Below are positions 28,936 to 38,791 of a stretch of DNA of 40,782 nt, piece by piece. The position numbers and the translations under genes were made by a program. The stretch is from Actinomycetota bacterium (lineage in GTDB: Bacteria; Actinomycetota; Actinomycetes; Nanopelagicales; Nanopelagicaceae), in contig RFMK01000123.1 in assembly GCA_009927705.1 (NCBI GenBank), positions 1 through 40,782 of the forward strand, in the 5' to 3' direction. The number at the start of each line of letters is the position of its first letter. Within the stretch, counting starts at the first letter, position 1. The notes under the pieces were generated by a model. The model was not told where the DNA came from and did not search any database. It saw nothing but the letters and a program-made list of their open reading frames with translations.

Positions 28936-30870
28936 ATGAAGTTCCTGCCTCGTATCAAGTCGCCGAGTGATCTTGCGCGACTGAGCATTGACGAGCTGGA
29001 TGATCTATCAAGCGAAATCAGAACTTTCCTTATCGAGAAAGTCTCCAAAACAGGTGGACATCTTGGACCAAATCTAGGCATCGTTGAACTTACGATTGCC
29101 ATACATCGCGTCTTTGAATCGCCGCGCGATGTAGTTGTTTTCGATACTGGTCATCAAAGTTATGTTCATAAGATTCTTACTGGACGCGCACTTGGTTTCG
29201 ATAAACTGCGTCAGAGAGGTGGAATTGCTGGATATCCAAATCGTGGCGAAAGCGAACATGATGTCATCGAAAACTCTCATGCTTCCACTGCTCTTTCCTG
29301 GGCTGATGGAATCGCTCGCGGATTTATGGTCCAAGGAGAGAACGAGAGAACAGTTGTTGCAGTAGTTGGTGATGGTGCGCTGACTGGCGGTATGGCTTGG
29401 GAAGCGCTCAACAACATTGCGGCTGCCGAGAATCTCCGTCTGGTTATTGTTGTTAACGATAATGAACGCTCCTATTCACCGACTATTGGCGGCGTTGCTA
29501 CTTATCTTTCTACCTTGCGAGCGACTAAGGGTTACGAGAAATTCTTGGATTGGGGTAAGGGAGTTCTAGAGCGGACGCCAGTTGTGGGACAACCCATTTA
29601 TGAAACCCTGCACGGAATGAAAAAAGGCATTAAAGACATCGTTGCACCGCAGGGAATGTTTGAAGATCTTGGCTTGAAGTATCTCGGTCCCGTGGATGGT
29701 CACGACATCACCGCTCTTGAGAGGGCATTAACTCAGGCGAAGAAGTTTGAAGGCCCAGTTCTGGTGCATGCGATCACCGAAAAAGGTCGAGGTCATGCTC
29801 CTGCGATCCAAGATGAAGCAGAAAAATTCCATGCGGTCGGCGTTGTTGACCCTGAGACCGGAGAGCCATTGAGCAAGAGCGGACCTTCGTGGACCAGTGT
29901 TTTCTCTGATGCGCTCGTTGAGATTGGTCGCGAACGTAAAGATGTTGTTGCACTCACTGCAGCAATGTTGGGTCCAACCGGTCTTGATAAGTTCCAAGCA
30001 GAATTCCCCGACCGTACTTTTGATGTTGGAATTGCCGAACAACATGCCACTACATCGGCAGCAGGAATGGCTTTCACCGGCCTACATCCTGTTGTTGCTG
30101 TGTATTCCACTTTCCTGAATCGAGCTTTCGATCAGTTGCTCTTGGATGTTGCGCTTCATAAAGCTGGAGTTACATTCGTACTTGATCGAGCGGGAATCAC
30201 CGGAGATGACGGACCTTCACACCATGGAATCTGGGATCTTGCTATCACCGGAATTGTCCCTACTGCGCACGTTGCAGCACCGCGCGATGGTGTTCGACTG
30301 CGAGAACTTCTCCGCGAGTGTATGTCCATTACAGACGCTCCATCCATCATGAGATTTCCCAAGGGTGCAGTAGCGGCTGAATTACCGGCATTTGAACGTC
30401 GTGATGGAATTGACATCCTTTATCGTGGCGAGAGCGCCGACATTTTGTTGGTGAGCGTTGGTGCGATGGCGCCAATTGCTGTCGAAGCTGCGGCACAGGC
30501 ATATCGTGAAGGCGTCGGCGTTACTGTCGTTGATCCTCGCTGGATCAAACCACTTCCTGCAGCTGCTTTGCTCACGATGGCGCATCGGTATTCACATGTT
30601 GTAGTTTTAGAAGATGGAATTAAGCATGCAGGTGTTGCAAGTTCAATCTCCGAACTCTTGCGAGAAAATAACGTCAACATGCCGCTTCATTCCATTGGAG
30701 TTCCGCTGGAATTCATCGAACATTCCAAGCGCTCCGAGATCTTGGAAGATCTCGGGATTACCGTTCAAAATGTTACGCGCCAACTCGTGGGTTGGGCATC
30801 AGATGGAATTAAGCAGGAAGCGATGCGACTCCATGTGGATGAAAACGCTGACCGCAAACCACTTCACTAA
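28936..30870 (+). CDS. dxs: 1-deoxy-D-xylulose-5-phosphate synthase
   Basis: Contains GGHLGPNLG, the TPP motif [16 protein letters not shown]...NDN and IAEQHA. The C-terminal 20 or so codons overlap fadB on the opposite strand. Confidence 0.95.
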   Translation: MKFLPRIKSPSDLARLSIDELDDLSSEIRTFLIEKVSKTGGHLGPNLGIVELTIAIHRVFESPRDVVVFDTGHQSYVHKILTGRALGFDKLRQRGGIAGYPNRGESEHDVIENSHASTALSWADGIARGFMVQGENERTVVAVVGDGALTGGMAWEALNNIAAAENLRLVIVVNDNERSYSPTIGGVATYLSTLRATKGYEKFLDWGKGVLERTPVVGQPIYETLHGMKKGIKDIVAPQGMFEDLGLKYLGPVDGHDITALERALTQAKKFEGPVLVHAITEKGRGHAPAIQDEAEKFHAVGVVDPETGEPLSKSGPSWTSVFSDALVEIGRERKDVVALTAAMLGPTGLDKFQAEFPDRTFDVGIAEQHATTSAAGMAFTGLHPVVAVYSTFLNRAFDQLLLDVALHKAGVTFVLDRAGITGDDGPSHHGIWDLAITGIVPTAHVAAPRDGVRLRELLRECMSITDAPSIMRFPKGAVAAELPAFERRDGIDILYRGESADILLVSVGAMAPIAVEAAAQAYREGVGVTVVDPRWIKPLPAAALLTMAHRYSHVVVLEDGIKHAGVASSISELLRENNVNMPLHSIGVPLEFIEHSKRSEILEDLGITVQNVTRQLVGWASDGIKQEAMRLHVDENADRKPLH

Positions 30871-32920
30871 TTCCCTCACGATCTAAGTACGGCAAGATTC
30901 CGCCAAGATGCATTGGCCAACCTGCGCCCATCAGCATACATAGATCAATCTCTGCAGCAGTTGCAACAACACCTTCATCGAGCATCATGCGCGCTTCTTC
31001 AGCCAGCGCTTTGAGTGCACGCAACTTCACTCCTTCGCCAGTAGAGGCTTTGGTGCCTTTTTCAACGAGTGCAAGTGCTTCAGGATTGGGAATGAGTTTT
31101 CCGCTCTCATCCTTGGTGTAGAAGGTCTTGACGCCTTTATCGACCAGACGTTGGACTGTTGGCGAGACGCGATAACGCGGGCCGAGATTTGCATTCAACG
31201 TCTTGGAAACATGCAGTGCAACTCCTGGACCGACCAGGCCAAAGAGTTCGAATGGCGACATCGGGAAGCCGAGCGGACGCAGCGCATTATCGGCGACATC
31301 AGCAGGTGTTCCTTCATCCATCGCATCAGTAACTTCACCCATAAATCGAGTTAAGAGACGATTGACTACAAAGCCCGGCGCATCTTTACAAATAATCATG
31401 GTCTTCTTTAATTCTTTCCCGACATTAATAGCAGTAGCAGTGGTTGCATCATCGGTTTTCGATGTGCGAGCAACTTCGAGAAGTGGCATCACCGCAACTG
31501 GATTAAAGAAGTGGAATCCAACAACGCGCTCCGGGTGTTGAAGTCCTTCGCCCATTTTCTCAACCGAGAGCGATGAAGTATTCGTGGCAAGAACGCATTC
31601 GGGGGCGATGATCGCCTCAAGATCTTTGAAGAGTTTCTGCTTGATGGAAAGTTCCTCGAAGACTGCTTCGATAATGAAGTCTGCGCCGGCAAAGACTGAT
31701 TGGTCGACCGAACCTGTGACAAGAAGCGAGAGTCGTCGACCTGCTTCTTCATTCAATCGCTTCTTCTCTACCAACTTAGCGATCTCGGCATGAACCCAGG
31801 CCACACCTTTATCTACGCGCGCCTGATCCAAATCCGTCATGACGACTGGAACTTTGAGATTGCGTACTATGAGAAGAGCGAGTTGAGATGCCATCAAGCC
31901 TGCCCCAACGACGCCAACTTTGGTGACTTTACGGGCGAGTGCTGGCTTTGGTGCGCCTTCTACTTTCTTACGTTTCTTCTGGATGAGATTGAATGCGTAG
32001 AGCGAGGAGCGAAGAGGATTGCCCATGACTAGGTTTGCGAGAATCTCATCTTCAGCATCGAAGCCCTGGTCAAGAGTGTTAGTGCGGGCTGCGTAGATCA
32101 ATTCAAGAGCGCGACGAGGGGCTTCAATATCTGCGCCGCCATACTTCTTGGCGATGGCAGCTTTTCCTGTGGCGATTGCTTTATCCCAAGCCGCGACATC
32201 GGCAGTGTAATCCTGGCGATCAATCTGCTCTTTGCCGGAGATTATGCGCGCGGCAAATGCAACGGAACGCTCTAGAAAGTCAGCTGGTTCGTAGACAGCA
32301 TCGACAACGCCTAGTCCTTGTGCTTCTTTCGCTTTCATCATCGTGTTGTTGTTGAGTGCGTTAAGGATGATGACTTGGACTGCGCGTTCTGGTCCAATCA
32401 ACTTTGGAAGGATTGTGGCGCCGCCCCAACCAGGAACTATTCCAAGGAAACATTCGGGAAGCGCGGTAAGTGCTGTAGATGCCATCGTGCGATAGTTGCA
32501 ATGCAATCCAACTTCGAGTCCGCCGCCAAGTGCGAGTCCATTGATGAATGCGAAAGTTGCCTTCTTACTCCGTCCAAGTCGCTTGAAGACATCATGTCCA
32601 AATTTTCCGATTGCAAGTGATTGCGATTTTTCCGTGACGAATGGCAAGCCAGAAAGATCGGCGCCAGCAGCGAAGATAAAAGGTTTACCAGTGATTGCAA
32701 TTGCAACCGCGGAAGAGTTTTCTGCTGCGGTAATTGCGTTATCGAGTTCTTGAAGAGACTTTGGCCCAAGAGTATTGGGACGAGTGTGATCAAGACCGTT
32801 ATCAATCGTGATGAGAGCAAGCGTTCCCTGAGCGCCAAAAGCGGCAAGATCTATTTCCCGGACGAGCGCCTTTGTTACAACTTCTTCGGGCGCGCCTACA
32901 GGAGTAGTGATGTCAGCCAT
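30809..32920 (-). CDS. fadB: Bifunctional enoyl-CoA hydratase / 3-hydroxyacyl-CoA dehydrogenase
   Basis: Has an N-terminal crotonase fold ([16 protein letters not shown]) and a central NAD-binding [12 protein letters not shown]. At 703 aa it is comparable to actinobacterial FadB. Confidence 0.92.
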   Translation of the reverse strand: MADITTPVGAPEEVVTKALVREIDLAAFGAQGTLALITIDNGLDHTRPNTLGPKSLQELDNAITAAENSSAVAIAITGKPFIFAAGADLSGLPFVTEKSQSLAIGKFGHDVFKRLGRSKKATFAFINGLALGGGLEVGLHCNYRTMASTALTALPECFLGIVPGWGGATILPKLIGPERAVQVIILNALNNNTMMKAKEAQGLGVVDAVYEPADFLERSVAFAARIISGKEQIDRQDYTADVAAWDKAIATGKAAIAKKYGGADIEAPRRALELIYAARTNTLDQGFDAEDEILANLVMGNPLRSSLYAFNLIQKKRKKVEGAPKPALARKVTKVGVVGAGLMASQLALLIVRNLKVPVVMTDLDQARVDKGVAWVHAEIAKLVEKKRLNEEAGRRLSLLVTGSVDQSVFAGADFIIEAVFEELSIKQKLFKDLEAIIAPECVLATNTSSLSVEKMGEGLQHPERVVGFHFFNPVAVMPLLEVARTSKTDDATTATAINVGKELKKTMIICKDAPGFVVNRLLTRFMGEVTDAMDEGTPADVADNALRPLGFPMSPFELFGLVGPGVALHVSKTLNANLGPRYRVSPTVQRLVDKGVKTFYTKDESGKLIPNPEALALVEKGTKASTGEGVKLRALKALAEEARMMLDEGVVATAAEIDLCMLMGAGWPMHLGGILPYLDREGISEVVCGQRFHPHGVASLPA

Positions 32921-32923
32921 GAG

Positions 32924-34129
32924 TTATGCCGCCTTACCGTTGTAGTGAGGGTTTTCCCAGATCACAGTTCCGCCCATCCCAAGACCGATACACATAGTTG
33001 TGATGCCATAGCGAACATCGGGACGTTCTTTAAAACCTTCCGCCAAATTAAGCATTAATCGTATTCCTGATGAAGCGAGTGGATGTCCCACTGCAATTGC
33101 TCCGCCATAAATATTCACGCGAGGATCATCGTCGGCAATACCGAAGTAATCGAGGAATGAAAGTACTTGGATTGCAAATGCTTCATTAACTTCAAAAAGT
33201 CCTATATCGCTAATGGAAAGACCCGCTTTTTCTAAAGCTTTTAACGTGGAAGGAACAGGTCCATAACCCATAATTTCTGGCTCAACGCCAGCGAAGGCGA
33301 ATGTAACCATTTTTGCTTTTGGAGAGAGTCCGAGCTCTTTTGCTTTCTTCTCACTCACAAGTAGCGCAGCAGTTGCGCCATCATTGAGTCCGGCAGCATT
33401 ACCTGCAGTTACTCGACCGGCAGGGCGGAATGGTGTCTTGAGTGCGGCGAGCGCTTCCAAGGTTGTTCCAGGACGTGGCGGTTCATCTACAGTGGCAACG
33501 CCCCAACCTTGTTCAGCGCTTCGTACCGCAACTGGAATCAAATTAGGTTGGATCTTTCCGGCAGCATAAGCAGCTGCGGTTTTTTGTTGAGAGGCGAGCG
33601 CATATTTATCTGCGCGCTCCTTAGTTAAGTGTGGCAACTTGTCATGTAAACGTTCTGCGGTATTTCCCATTGATAGCGCGTCTGTATCAACAAGTTTCTC
33701 TGCAAGATAACGAGGATTGGGATCCATGCCTTCGCCCATAGGGTGATTACCCATATGTTCTACTCCACCAGCAATTGCGACGTCATACGCGCCCATGTTG
33801 ATAGATCCCGCCAACGTGGTTACCGACGTCATCGCACCTGCGCACCAACGATCAATCGAGTATCCAGGAACAGTATTGGGTAATCCTGCAAGCAGCGTCG
33901 CGCTACGACCGATATTCATACCTTGATCACCGAATTGAGTTGCTGCAGCAATTGCTACATCGTCGACGTCGCTAGGTTTTACTTGCGGATTTCGCTCAAG
34001 CAATCCTCGGATGCATCGAACGATGATGTCATCAGCTCTTGTGCCGGCGTACAAGCTGCCCGCTTTTCCGAAAGGAGAGCGAACAGCGTCAACAAGGAGA
34101 ACATTGGTGGAGGTAGAGGCAGTATTCAT
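32924..34129 (-). CDS. fadA: Acetyl-CoA C-acyltransferase (3-ketoacyl-CoA thiolase)
   Basis: Has the thiolase active-site regions [28 protein letters not shown] and MCIGLGMG. It lies 3 nt upstream of fadB. Confidence 0.94.
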   Translation of the reverse strand: MNTASTSTNVLLVDAVRSPFGKAGSLYAGTRADDIIVRCIRGLLERNPQVKPSDVDDVAIAAATQFGDQGMNIGRSATLLAGLPNTVPGYSIDRWCAGAMTSVTTLAGSINMGAYDVAIAGGVEHMGNHPMGEGMDPNPRYLAEKLVDTDALSMGNTAERLHDKLPHLTKERADKYALASQQKTAAAYAAGKIQPNLIPVAVRSAEQGWGVATVDEPPRPGTTLEALAALKTPFRPAGRVTAGNAAGLNDGATAALLVSEKKAKELGLSPKAKMVTFAFAGVEPEIMGYGPVPSTLKALEKAGLSISDIGLFEVNEAFAIQVLSFLDYFGIADDDPRVNIYGGAIAVGHPLASSGIRLMLNLAEGFKERPDVRYGITTMCIGLGMGGTVIWENPHYNGKAA

Positions 34130-34134
34130 GCCGC

Positions 34135-34156
34135 TAGGTTACTCATCAGTAACCTA
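34135..34156. promoter_or_regulatory. Perfect 22-bp palindrome (9-bp arms, 4-nt centre) abutting the fadA start
   Basis: TAGGTTACT-CATC-AGTAACCTA lies 5 nt upstream of the fadA ATG (34129) on the transcribed strand. There is no U-tract, so it is not an intrinsic terminator. It is a candidate dimeric repressor operator or an RNA hairpin at the translation-initiation region. Confidence 0.4.
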
Positions 34157-34190
34157 AAGCCCAATTGGACGAGGGCGGGAGTAGAGGCCG

Positions 34191-35015
34191 TTACTTGGAT
34201 ACGAGAACGGGCGCGGTGGTCTTGGCCGGCTTGAGATAGAGCGCCAAGGTGCCAACGACAAATGCGCCCCATACGACGAGCTGGAGCCATGACATGGTGG
34301 TGTCGAAGCCGATCGTTCCAGCGAGAACCGAGGCAAGGATTGAATCTGGCGCTAACCACGAAGTGACATCCCACGCGTAAGCGCTTTCACCTGGTAGCCA
34401 GCCGAGTTCTTGGTACTCATGAATCCCATATGAGAGAACACCTGCTGCAACGATGATGAGCGCAGCGCCAGTGATTGTGAAGAACTTCGAAAGATTGATT
34501 TTGATTGCCCGGCGATAAAGGGCGTAGCCAAGAAGTACGGAAAGAGCCAAACCTGAGATCAAGCCAATTGTTGCTGGGACCTTTGAGCCTACGGTCTGGA
34601 AATTTGTGTAAACAAAGAGCGCTGTTTCGAGCCCCTCGCGAGCAACGGCGAAGAATGCTGCAGACGCCAACGTTAAAGGACCGACCATTGCCGCAGTATC
34701 GACTTTCTCATGAAGTTCATCGCGAAGTGAGCGAGCCGTTCGCTTCATCCAGAAGACCATCCAGGTCACGAGTCCAACTGCAACAAAGGAGGTAGTGCCG
34801 GCGAAGAATTCCTCGCCGCGGGCTGATAGCTCGGCGGAGGTGAATCCGAGGAAGCCACCAAGAGCGACGCTGAGGGCAAGGGCGAGTGATACGCCAGCCC
34901 AGATAGGGGTCAGAAGAAAACGCCGGTTAGTTTTAACGACGTAAGCCACGAGGATTCCGACGATAAGAGCGGCCTCAAGGCCTTCACGGAGCGCGATCAG
35001 GAAACTACTGAGCAT
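34191..35015 (-). CDS. FTR1/EfeU-family high-affinity iron permease
   Basis: Has two REGLE motifs (ALREGLEAAL, VAREGLETALF) and 7 predicted TM helices. Confidence 0.85.
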   Translation of the reverse strand: MLSSFLIALREGLEAALIVGILVAYVVKTNRRFLLTPIWAGVSLALALSVALGGFLGFTSAELSARGEEFFAGTTSFVAVGLVTWMVFWMKRTARSLRDELHEKVDTAAMVGPLTLASAAFFAVAREGLETALFVYTNFQTVGSKVPATIGLISGLALSVLLGYALYRRAIKINLSKFFTITGAALIIVAAGVLSYGIHEYQELGWLPGESAYAWDVTSWLAPDSILASVLAGTIGFDTTMSWLQLVVWGAFVVGTLALYLKPAKTTAPVLVSK

Positions 35016-35073
35016 GTGGCCAGCCTAAACCCGCAGCACTTATTTTCGCAACTCCAATGTTGCGTAATTCGGG

Positions 35074-36381
35074 TCACTCCGATGGTGGGTTTTCTCCGTT
35101 TTCAGGCTCTTCGGCAGGTTCAGGCGCCGGGGGAGCCTCAGTCTCACAGAGTGATTGAGCCAGAGCATATGCAGTTTTCTCGATCTGCCATTCGCGCGCT
35201 CCATTAAGACGCAATTGAGTCTCGACTTTTGTAATAAGAGATTGCGAAAATTCATAACTCTTTTCGGCTCCGTTATCGAAAGTGATCTTGCGAGCAATTT
35301 CTGGCGTCAGGAGATTCTCTAATGGAATCGAGTGGGTTGTGGCAATCTCATACAAGCGAATTCTTGCGTGCATGATTCGCGCATAGGCCAACGGATATTT
35401 CGCTCGCCAGATTTTTACTGGCGGTAAAGAGTCAGATTTACTCCGTAGTTGGGGCCATTCACTTTCTGGCAGAGCCGAAGCGCGTAGATACACATCGAAC
35501 CAGAGATCTATATGGTTCTTTTGAACTTCATTACGTATTCGAGCTTTCGCTTCTGGCATTTTCATCAATTCAGCAACGCTTTTCAAGCGCGATTGCGCCA
35601 TCGCAGAGATAACCGAGTCAGAAAGCAAACGGCCCGGAGCAAGATCAATCTGCGCAGCGACTCGATCACGTTCAAGCCAAAGTTCGCGAACTATCGCCAT
35701 TTGATATCTCGACTTTATCTGATGCATACCTGAAGTGCGACGCCAAGGTTCTTTCCGAGGTGGACTTGGTGGCGATTTTAGAATTGACGCAAAATCTTGG
35801 AGCGCCCAAGTCAATTTGCCTTGGGCTTCAAGCAGCTCGGCAACTTTATCTCGAAGATCAATCAAGACAGCAACATCAAGCGCGGCATAGTCCAACCATT
35901 CTTGTTGCAGGGGGCGTATTGACCAATCAACAGCAGAATGTTCTTTGGCAAGTGCAATTTCCAAGAGACTTTCACAGAGCGAACCAAGACCAACTCGTGC
36001 ACAACCGGCAATTCGTGCGCCTAATTCCGTGTCAAAAAGGCGTTGGGGATCGATGCCAAATTCCCGTAAACAAGGCAGATCTTGGGTGCTGGCATGAATG
36101 ATGACCTCTTCATCTTCCATGCATTTATTTAGAGCTGCGATTACTAAGGACGCGCCGTCTAGCGAGTTGATGGCAATCGGATCAATGAGATGAATTCCGC
36201 TGCCCCGGCGAAAAATCTGTATTAAATAAGCTCGAGCGCTATATCTGAAACCTGATGCACGTTCCGCATCGATAGCGATAGGACCTGATCCTTTTTGCAA
36301 GTCAGCAATGCACGAATGAAGCGATTCCAAATCCTCGATGACCGGGGGAGTTCCCTGATCTGGGACATGAAGTGCTCGCAT
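35074..36381 (-). CDS. RNase D-like 3'-5' exonuclease with HRDC domain
   Basis: Has DEDD motifs (IAIDAERASGFRY, IIHASTQDLPCL, LDYAALDVAVL) and an HRDC-like central region. It lies next to DUF3000, as in other actinobacteria. Confidence 0.85.
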   Translation of the reverse strand: MRALHVPDQGTPPVIEDLESLHSCIADLQKGSGPIAIDAERASGFRYSARAYLIQIFRRGSGIHLIDPIAINSLDGASLVIAALNKCMEDEEVIIHASTQDLPCLREFGIDPQRLFDTELGARIAGCARVGLGSLCESLLEIALAKEHSAVDWSIRPLQQEWLDYAALDVAVLIDLRDKVAELLEAQGKLTWALQDFASILKSPPSPPRKEPWRRTSGMHQIKSRYQMAIVRELWLERDRVAAQIDLAPGRLLSDSVISAMAQSRLKSVAELMKMPEAKARIRNEVQKNHIDLWFDVYLRASALPESEWPQLRSKSDSLPPVKIWRAKYPLAYARIMHARIRLYEIATTHSIPLENLLTPEIARKITFDNGAEKSYEFSQSLITKVETQLRLNGAREWQIEKTAYALAQSLCETEAPPAPEPAEEPENGENPPSE

Positions 36382-36407
36382 GAAAAGTAATCGTTCGTGT
36401 GCAGCTT

Positions 36408-36989
36408 TTAGCGCCGACGTGGAAGCGAACTAACTCCTTCAGGAACCGGAGCAAGTCCAGCTGCGCTCGCCATCAAATCCAGCCATACGCCAACATGCTT
36501 CAATAAATCGTGAGCATTTGCAGGAGTCCATGATGCACGAATCTCAATCTCGGATGTCTCATCACTAGTGGAAAGTTGTCCGTAAGAAGCGCTCATTACT
36601 CGAGTGACAGTTCCGCTAGGTGCGACAAATGGGGCGCCTGAATTGCGCAAAGCATCCATAAACCAAGACCAACCGACATCAGGAAGTAATGGGTCAGATT
36701 CCATCTCTGTCTCAAGTGCGGAGCGCACAAAGGTCACACACCGAAAGGTCCCTTCCCAGGTTTCTTGTCCTTCTGGATCATGGAGCAGGACAAAACGTCC
36801 GGTCGCAATATCTTCTAATTCACCATCGCTATCGACGAGACGAGGGTCAGTGAGATCTGCAGAAACTGCATAAGCAAATGGAGCTAAACGTTGGGGCGCA
36901 GGTATCTCTTCGAGAACAATTTCAGAACGTGGCAAAAAATCCTTCATGCCATTTACAAAAGAATGAAAAAGATCAGTTTGATTTGCCAC
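36408..36989 (-). CDS. DUF3000 family protein
   Basis: 193 aa. The call rests on the conserved position downstream of the RNase D-like gene and on resemblance to my recollection of the family (APQRLAPFAYA..., GRFVLLHDP). No catalytic motif is recognisable. Confidence 0.6.
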   Translation of the reverse strand: MANQTDLFHSFVNGMKDFLPRSEIVLEEIPAPQRLAPFAYAVSADLTDPRLVDSDGELEDIATGRFVLLHDPEGQETWEGTFRCVTFVRSALETEMESDPLLPDVGWSWFMDALRNSGAPFVAPSGTVTRVMSASYGQLSTSDETSEIEIRASWTPANAHDLLKHVGVWLDLMASAAGLAPVPEGVSSLPRRR

Positions 36990-37060
36990 TATCTAAGGGT
37001 AGGAGAGTAGTTATTGAAGTCATGGGAGCCACGAGGAGAGTGTGACGCTAGGCTTTCGAC

Positions 37061-37900
37061 ATGGGCTCATTCCTCGCGTTGTTTTCCAGCATTCTCTGGG
37101 GAACTGCTGATTACCTTGCAGGAAACCTCGCTAAACGTTTCAAAGCGCTAGCAGTCACAGGCGTCTCGCAAACATTTGGATTGCTCTTTGGATTGTCAGT
37201 CATAGCGCTGACTGGCTCTTTCATCGCTCCCACGCTCTCTTTCGATGGCTATTTCATACCTGGGGTGATTGCAGGAATCGCAGGCTTCATCGGCCTCACC
37301 GCTTTTTACACTGGGCTCGCGACTGGACGCATGGGAGTCGTTTCACCAATTAGCTCGTTATCAGTCGTCATTCCACTCATTTATGCGTTGATTCAAGGTG
37401 AACGTCCGTCAACAGCTCAGACATTGGGAATCGTGATCGCTGTCGCTGGGGCATTTATGGCCAGCGGCCCAGAAGTAAGGAATGGATTGCCTATCAAGCC
37501 GTTGGTCTATGCCGTTGTTGCCGCGCTTGGCTTTGGAACTGCGTTGACCTTTATCGCAATTGGTTCTGAGACAGACTCGCTTCATACTATGACTGCGATG
37601 AGATGTGCATCAGTATCTGTATGCATCGTTATTGCAATGAAGTATCGAACTCTCGGCGGTTTCTCTCGCTCTTATATTCCGCTCTTAATCTTTATTGGCG
37701 TTGCAGATTTTCTCGCTAACTTCTTACTCGGTGTTGCAACGACACAAGGGCTAGTTTCTATTGCAATGGTCTTTGGTTCGCTATTTCCTATCGTCACAAT
37801 CTTGCTCGCATATAAATTCCTCCACGAGCGTTTGCATCGAATCCAATATGTTGGAATTGCTGCAGCATTGTTCGGCGTGATTTTGATTGCCGCGTTCTAA
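37061..37900 (+). CDS. EamA/DMT-superfamily transporter
   Basis: About 10 TM helices in two EamA-like repeats, with Gly-rich helices. Length 279 aa. Confidence 0.8.
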   Translation: MGSFLALFSSILWGTADYLAGNLAKRFKALAVTGVSQTFGLLFGLSVIALTGSFIAPTLSFDGYFIPGVIAGIAGFIGLTAFYTGLATGRMGVVSPISSLSVVIPLIYALIQGERPSTAQTLGIVIAVAGAFMASGPEVRNGLPIKPLVYAVVAALGFGTALTFIAIGSETDSLHTMTAMRCASVSVCIVIAMKYRTLGGFSRSYIPLLIFIGVADFLANFLLGVATTQGLVSIAMVFGSLFPIVTILLAYKFLHERLHRIQYVGIAAALFGVILIAAF

Positions 37901-37907
37901 AGCACTT

Positions 37908-38453
37908 TTAGTTCCGGATGGGGACCCATTCCTCAAAAGTCACATCTTCAACCTGCTCACTTTTCTCCACTTGATAATGGCGCTCTAGTAATTCAAAGTC
38001 GAAGAAGTCACTATCGCCGGCAAGCGGGCTGCGGGTGAGAAAGAGTCGATCAATCATCTGTTCGGCCAGAAGTGGTTTGATAAAGCTGATGCCTCCTTCG
38101 ACTAAGGCCACAGCACCTTTCCTTTCTAGCGCTTGATGAAGCACGACCTTTGGATTGGCGTTGATGAAGAAAGACTCTCCTTCAATTGCGGAATGTGGAC
38201 TCGATAACAATTCTGGATTACGCGTTGCAACGAACACAGGCAATGGAGCTTTCGCATAGTGCTCGCACCGGTAGGTATTTCCTCCGACAACCAGAGAGGA
38301 AGCAAGCCCTCGTATCGCATGAAAACGCTCCCGATCAGCGGGCGGACTTAGCGGAGCAGAGTCCTGGTCGAGAGAGGTTGCGCCGTTCGAACCAATGACC
38401 ATATTGGCGATAACTTTCTCGTGGTTGTGGGCGCGAACACTGGCCGTGGTCAT
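37908..38453 (-). CDS. RibD C-terminal domain / dihydrofolate-reductase-like family protein
   Basis: The pattern VIANMVIGSNGATS...DRERFHAIR...LVVGGNTY...LVEGGISFIKPLLAEQMIDRLFLTRSPL is typical of the RibD_C reductase fold. Confidence 0.75.
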   Translation of the reverse strand: MTTASVRAHNHEKVIANMVIGSNGATSLDQDSAPLSPPADRERFHAIRGLASSLVVGGNTYRCEHYAKAPLPVFVATRNPELLSSPHSAIEGESFFINANPKVVLHQALERKGAVALVEGGISFIKPLLAEQMIDRLFLTRSPLAGDSDFFDFELLERHYQVEKSEQVEDVTFEEWVPIRN

Positions 38454-38495
38454 AGTCGAAACGTTACCGCGTCTGACCCAGCGGGAATCAGAGCG

Positions 38496-38759
38496 ATGTC
38501 AGTGGCCATCTATACCTTTTTCCTCATGATCATTGATTGCGAAAGTTGCGTAATGCGCGATATTGCCTGTCGCGATTGTGTTGTCTCTGTTCTCATCGAA
38601 GCTCCGCCGTCACGCATTGACCGCGGTTCAGAGATTGGACCAGAAGAATCGCGCGTTATCGACCTCTTGGCCTCCCGGGGAATGATTCCGCCGCTGCGTT
38701 ACGCTCATAGTGAGAAATCCCAACCTGATTCTCAGCCTACGGAGGCGCTCTCAGGTTGA
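38496..38759 (+). CDS. Small hypothetical protein with an N-terminal C-x2-C-x6-C-x2-C cluster
   Basis: The reading frame looks like coding sequence: ...MIIDCESCVMRDIACRDCVVSVLIEAPP...VIDLLASRGMIPPLRYAH.... The start is ambiguous between ATG 38496 and ATG 38526. The 38421 start in the track would overlap the RibD_C gene. I recognise no characterised family. Confidence 0.5.
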   Translation: MSVAIYTFFLMIIDCESCVMRDIACRDCVVSVLIEAPPSRIDRGSEIGPEESRVIDLLASRGMIPPLRYAHSEKSQPDSQPTEALSG

Positions 38760-38791
38760 GGTTTTCGCGTCCTCGCAGTTAGCCTAAACCG

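Noticed and set aside
35016-35045. IdeR/DtxR-like iron box upstream of the FTR1 permease (GGTTTAGGCTGGCC overlapping the start)
   Set aside because: By my alignment only about 11 of 19 positions match the TTAGGTTAGGCTAACCTAA consensus, which is too weak to call.
38421-38495. 112-aa version of the small Cys4 ORF starting at 38421
   Set aside because: It would overlap the 5' end of the divergent RibD_C gene by 33 nt and adds a Gly/Arg-rich, non-protein-like N-terminus. The internal ATGs at 38496 and 38526 are more plausible.
38640-38791. Possible ydaO-type (c-di-AMP) riboswitch upstream of the NlpC/P60 gene, a common actinobacterial arrangement
   Set aside because: Scattered similarities exist (AATCGC, CGGGGA, AAATCCC, CAGCCTACGGAGGCG). 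The spacing and the highly conserved 3' element (CCGAAUCC..CAGCUAACCUCGUAAGCG) are not reproduced, and the region reads as a plausible protein frame. An Infernal search with RF00379 would settle it.
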